A stretch of 64,000 nucleotides of DNA from Zootoca vivipara (lineage: Eukaryota). The position numbers were made by a program, and so were the translations under genes. Location: positions 39,370,001 to 39,434,000 of the forward strand of contig NC_083287.1 in the NCBI RefSeq assembly GCF_963506605.1. Reading direction: 5' to 3'. Positions 63,131-64,000 of the stretch are shown here, one piece after another. The notes beneath the pieces are model-generated. The model saw nothing but the letters and a program-made list of their open reading frames with translations. It had not been told where the DNA came from and made no database searches. The first letter of the stretch is position 1. Every line of letters begins with the position of its first letter.

Positions 63131-64000
63131 GGTTTAGTCTGTGAGCTGCAACAAGGACACACACTAGAACAGTGCTGGATCAGAAGGAGGTAGAAAGTTT
63201 CAGTTCAATTACACGCAGCTGAGTTTTCTACGAGATTGAGGCAATTTCAAAGCAATCCTGGAAAGAACAGAAACAAAACAAATAATTATTAGAATTATAA
63301 GTTGCTGTAATTTGCCAACGTATATCTAACCTAGTTTAGCAACTTGAAAACTATTTCTTTATACTACGTTATTTTAGGATCTTAAATATAATACGTACTA
63401 TCCAGATATGGTTTCCTTTAATCTAATCTATGTGTAAATTACAGCCACAAACCAAACAGTTGCTTGGACTTGTGCTAACCTGGCAGATTATTTATTTATT
63501 TTACTAGGAGCAACTGACATCCTCACCACCTGGATAAAAAACTGCTTTTCGAATTCCACATCATTTCAAAATCAACTTCCAATATAGTCTATTTAAGAAA
63601 GAAACCTGGAGACCGAGCATTTGACAATTAAAAATGTTTTGGTGTGGTTGTTTTTGTTTTGTTTCTTTTACAGTTCGAGTACTTTCCACTAATACAAATA
63701 TCTATAACCATCCTAACAGTCATCCCTATGGTATGGATCTCAATGACAGTACTCACTCCAGAAATGCAGATATGAAATTGTAAAATTTTAATTTACTGAA
63801 ATTTTTGTTATTAGGATTATTGTGTGCTTCTACCACATGCTGAATGACCACTTCTCTGCAGAATTATCATGTTGAATATTAAGCCATAATTATTAACACA
63901 CCCTGCATTAAGACTGGGATAACAATTAGTGTCCTCAAGTGGAGAGGATGAAGGAAAAGTTAACTTTAACTTGTAAAAAATGTAATGAACGTAGAGTAAC

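Overview
Vertebrate genomic DNA, most likely a lacertid lizard, judged from the Sauria SINE, Squam3-type SINE, tRNA-Lys/CR1-tail SINEs, young CR1/L2 copies and squamate hAT/Tc1 MITEs. The window holds the complete coding region of MPP7, a MAGUK p55-subfamily scaffold (L27-L27-PDZ-SH3-HOOK-GUK), on the minus strand. I traced 16 coding exons by hand from ATG 63130 to TAA 11982. All introns are GT-AG and the exons sum to 1731 nt (576 aa plus stop), followed by a ~2.5 kb 3'UTR. The rest is intronic or intergenic DNA with many transposons, several with exact target-site duplications (TSDs). Most notable: (1) a cluster of frame-preserving microexon candidates (18, 12 and 42 nt) in the 12-kb HOOK-region intron. 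They rebuild an MPP3/MPP4-like acidic insert and are interdependent: without a preceding in-frame exon such as the 18-nt one, the others create a T|AG stop. (2) A complete 2.1-kb L1-mobilised non-autonomous element with an 18-bp TSD, a CpG-rich head and an unassigned 149-aa ORF. (3) Penelope-derived minimal hammerhead ribozymes, including a 105-bp ribozyme-only insertion. (4) A CpG-island-like hAT element carrying an NRF1 palindrome, nested in a SINE. Repeat family names and protein comparisons are from recall, not from database searches.
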